Positions 60,311 to 61,380 of a stretch of 61,380 bases of DNA are shown here, piece by piece. Source of the stretch: Bacteroidota bacterium (GTDB lineage: Bacteria > Bacteroidota > Bacteroidia > AKYH767-A > 2013-40CM-41-45). The DNA lies in NCBI GenBank assembly GCA_003151745.1, contig PLYJ01000033.1, positions 1 through 61,380 of the forward strand. Direction: 5' to 3'. Numbering within the stretch: position 1 is the stretch's first letter; each line of letters starts with the position of its first letter. The notes below the pieces were generated by a model. The model was given only the letters and a program-made list of their open reading frames with translations. It did not search any database and had not been told where the DNA came from. The position numbers were made by a program, and so were the translations under genes.

Positions 60311-61229
60311 TTATTCCTTCACAAACTTCTTTGTAAAAGAACCGCTCGCTGTTTTTATTTGAAGGAAATACATCCCTGCGTGAAGCTTAGAAACATCAAT
60401 CGAAGCGCTCCCCTCTCCTCCAGGAGAGGGGTTGAGGGTGAGGTTGAACGGCGGTGAGGCCTCCTGCCCAAGCACATTCATTATTGAAACCGTTACTGCT
60501 TCATTGTGAAAAGATGAAGTGTGAATGGTGAGTTGGTTGGTGGCGGGGTTGGGAGAAAGTGAAATATAGTTGTTTGTAGAGAATGCATTAACCCCCGTAG
60601 TTGTAGTTGCGGCAAGCTCTATCAGGTTAGTAAAAACTGGATTGAACCCATTTATTGCTCCCCCAAAAGCAAGCAAATCAGAATAAGTGTGGGTGAAAGG
60701 ATTAAATTGAAACAAACCTCCTCCATTATTTGTCCCACCTCCAGAAGTCATTCCATAGAGATTCCCATCAGATGCCTGCATTAGAGATCCTCCCGATCGC
60801 CTCCATTTTTTGCCCACACAAAATCAAACCTATCCACATAGGTGGAGTCAGCAAGATTATATTGAAACAAAACGCCATAACCATGTGCACCACCTCCATC
60901 AGTCATTCCATAGAGATTTCCATCCGAGGCCTGTATTAAAGAGCATTGTGGATACGCTCCTTTTGTTCCATACGCAAAATCGAGCTTTTTAGTATAGGTG
61001 GTGGTAGCAGGATTATATTGAAACAAAACACCATCATTATTTACTCCACCAAAAGAAGTCATTCCATAGAGATTTCCATCCGATGCTTGGATTAAAGAGC
61101 CATTAGGAATACTTCCAGGATGGTTCCCTGTTATCCCTGTAAAATTAATCTCAACAGAATCAGTGGAGTCAGTAGGGTTATATTGAAACAAAACACCATC
61201 ATTATTTGCTCCACCTGAAGAAGTCATTC
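60311..61229 (-). pseudogene. GloVer (Gloeo/Verruco) repeat T9SS protein, 5'-truncated and frameshifted
   Basis: LIQASDGNLYGMT.GG..GVLF repeats and a CTD. Frame change near 60795; no N-terminus or signal peptide. Confidence 0.8.
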
Positions 61230-61380
61230 TGTATTCGAATTTATGCTGATAAGGACAAACGGGCTTAATACCCTTGGCTGTCAGTGCTCTGCCGTTGCGG
61301 GTAAACAAGCCGAAGCGACTTTCATCCTGACAGCAGACATTAATGGATTCAAAGTATTGAGCTACCCCGGCTATTTTATC
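61230..61380 (-). mobile_element. IS630-family transposase fragment running off the window end
   Basis: Reads ...INVCCQDESRFGLFTRNGRALTAKGIKPVCPYQHKFEY; the QDESRFG motif is typical of IS630. Confidence 0.8.

Overview
A 61 kb stretch of a Bacteroidota chromosome, judged from TAnnTTTG promoters, T9SS C-terminal domains and gldA. Housekeeping genes: the suf operon, rplU-rpmA, metG, rluB, dnaG, ispB, nadB, msrA, nfuA, nadD-gmk-yicC, scpA, pit, pepP, pheS, ispD. Accessory genes: BNR/Asp-box T9SS proteins (one a pseudogene), a collagen-like protein, a membrane-HAD fusion, an XRE + DUF3883 endonuclease + two m4C methyltransferase R-M locus, toxin-antitoxin genes and an IS630 fragment. The most unusual signal is in non-coding and palindromic structure. 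(1) Two unrelated small genes, a four-helix-bundle gene and a decayed GxxExxY nuclease gene, each start right after the arm of their own hairpin family. Three gene-less copies of each hairpin occur elsewhere in the window, suggesting a hairpin-cassette mobility system. (2) Three sequence-unrelated arrays share a 21-bp period and dyad symmetry, and each sits at the edge of an accessory block. (3) Short GC-rich palindromes are inserted in frame in SufT, SufE, MetG, DnaG, RluB and T9SS CTDs. No rRNA, tRNA or CRISPR was seen. All family calls come from motif recognition, not from database searches.
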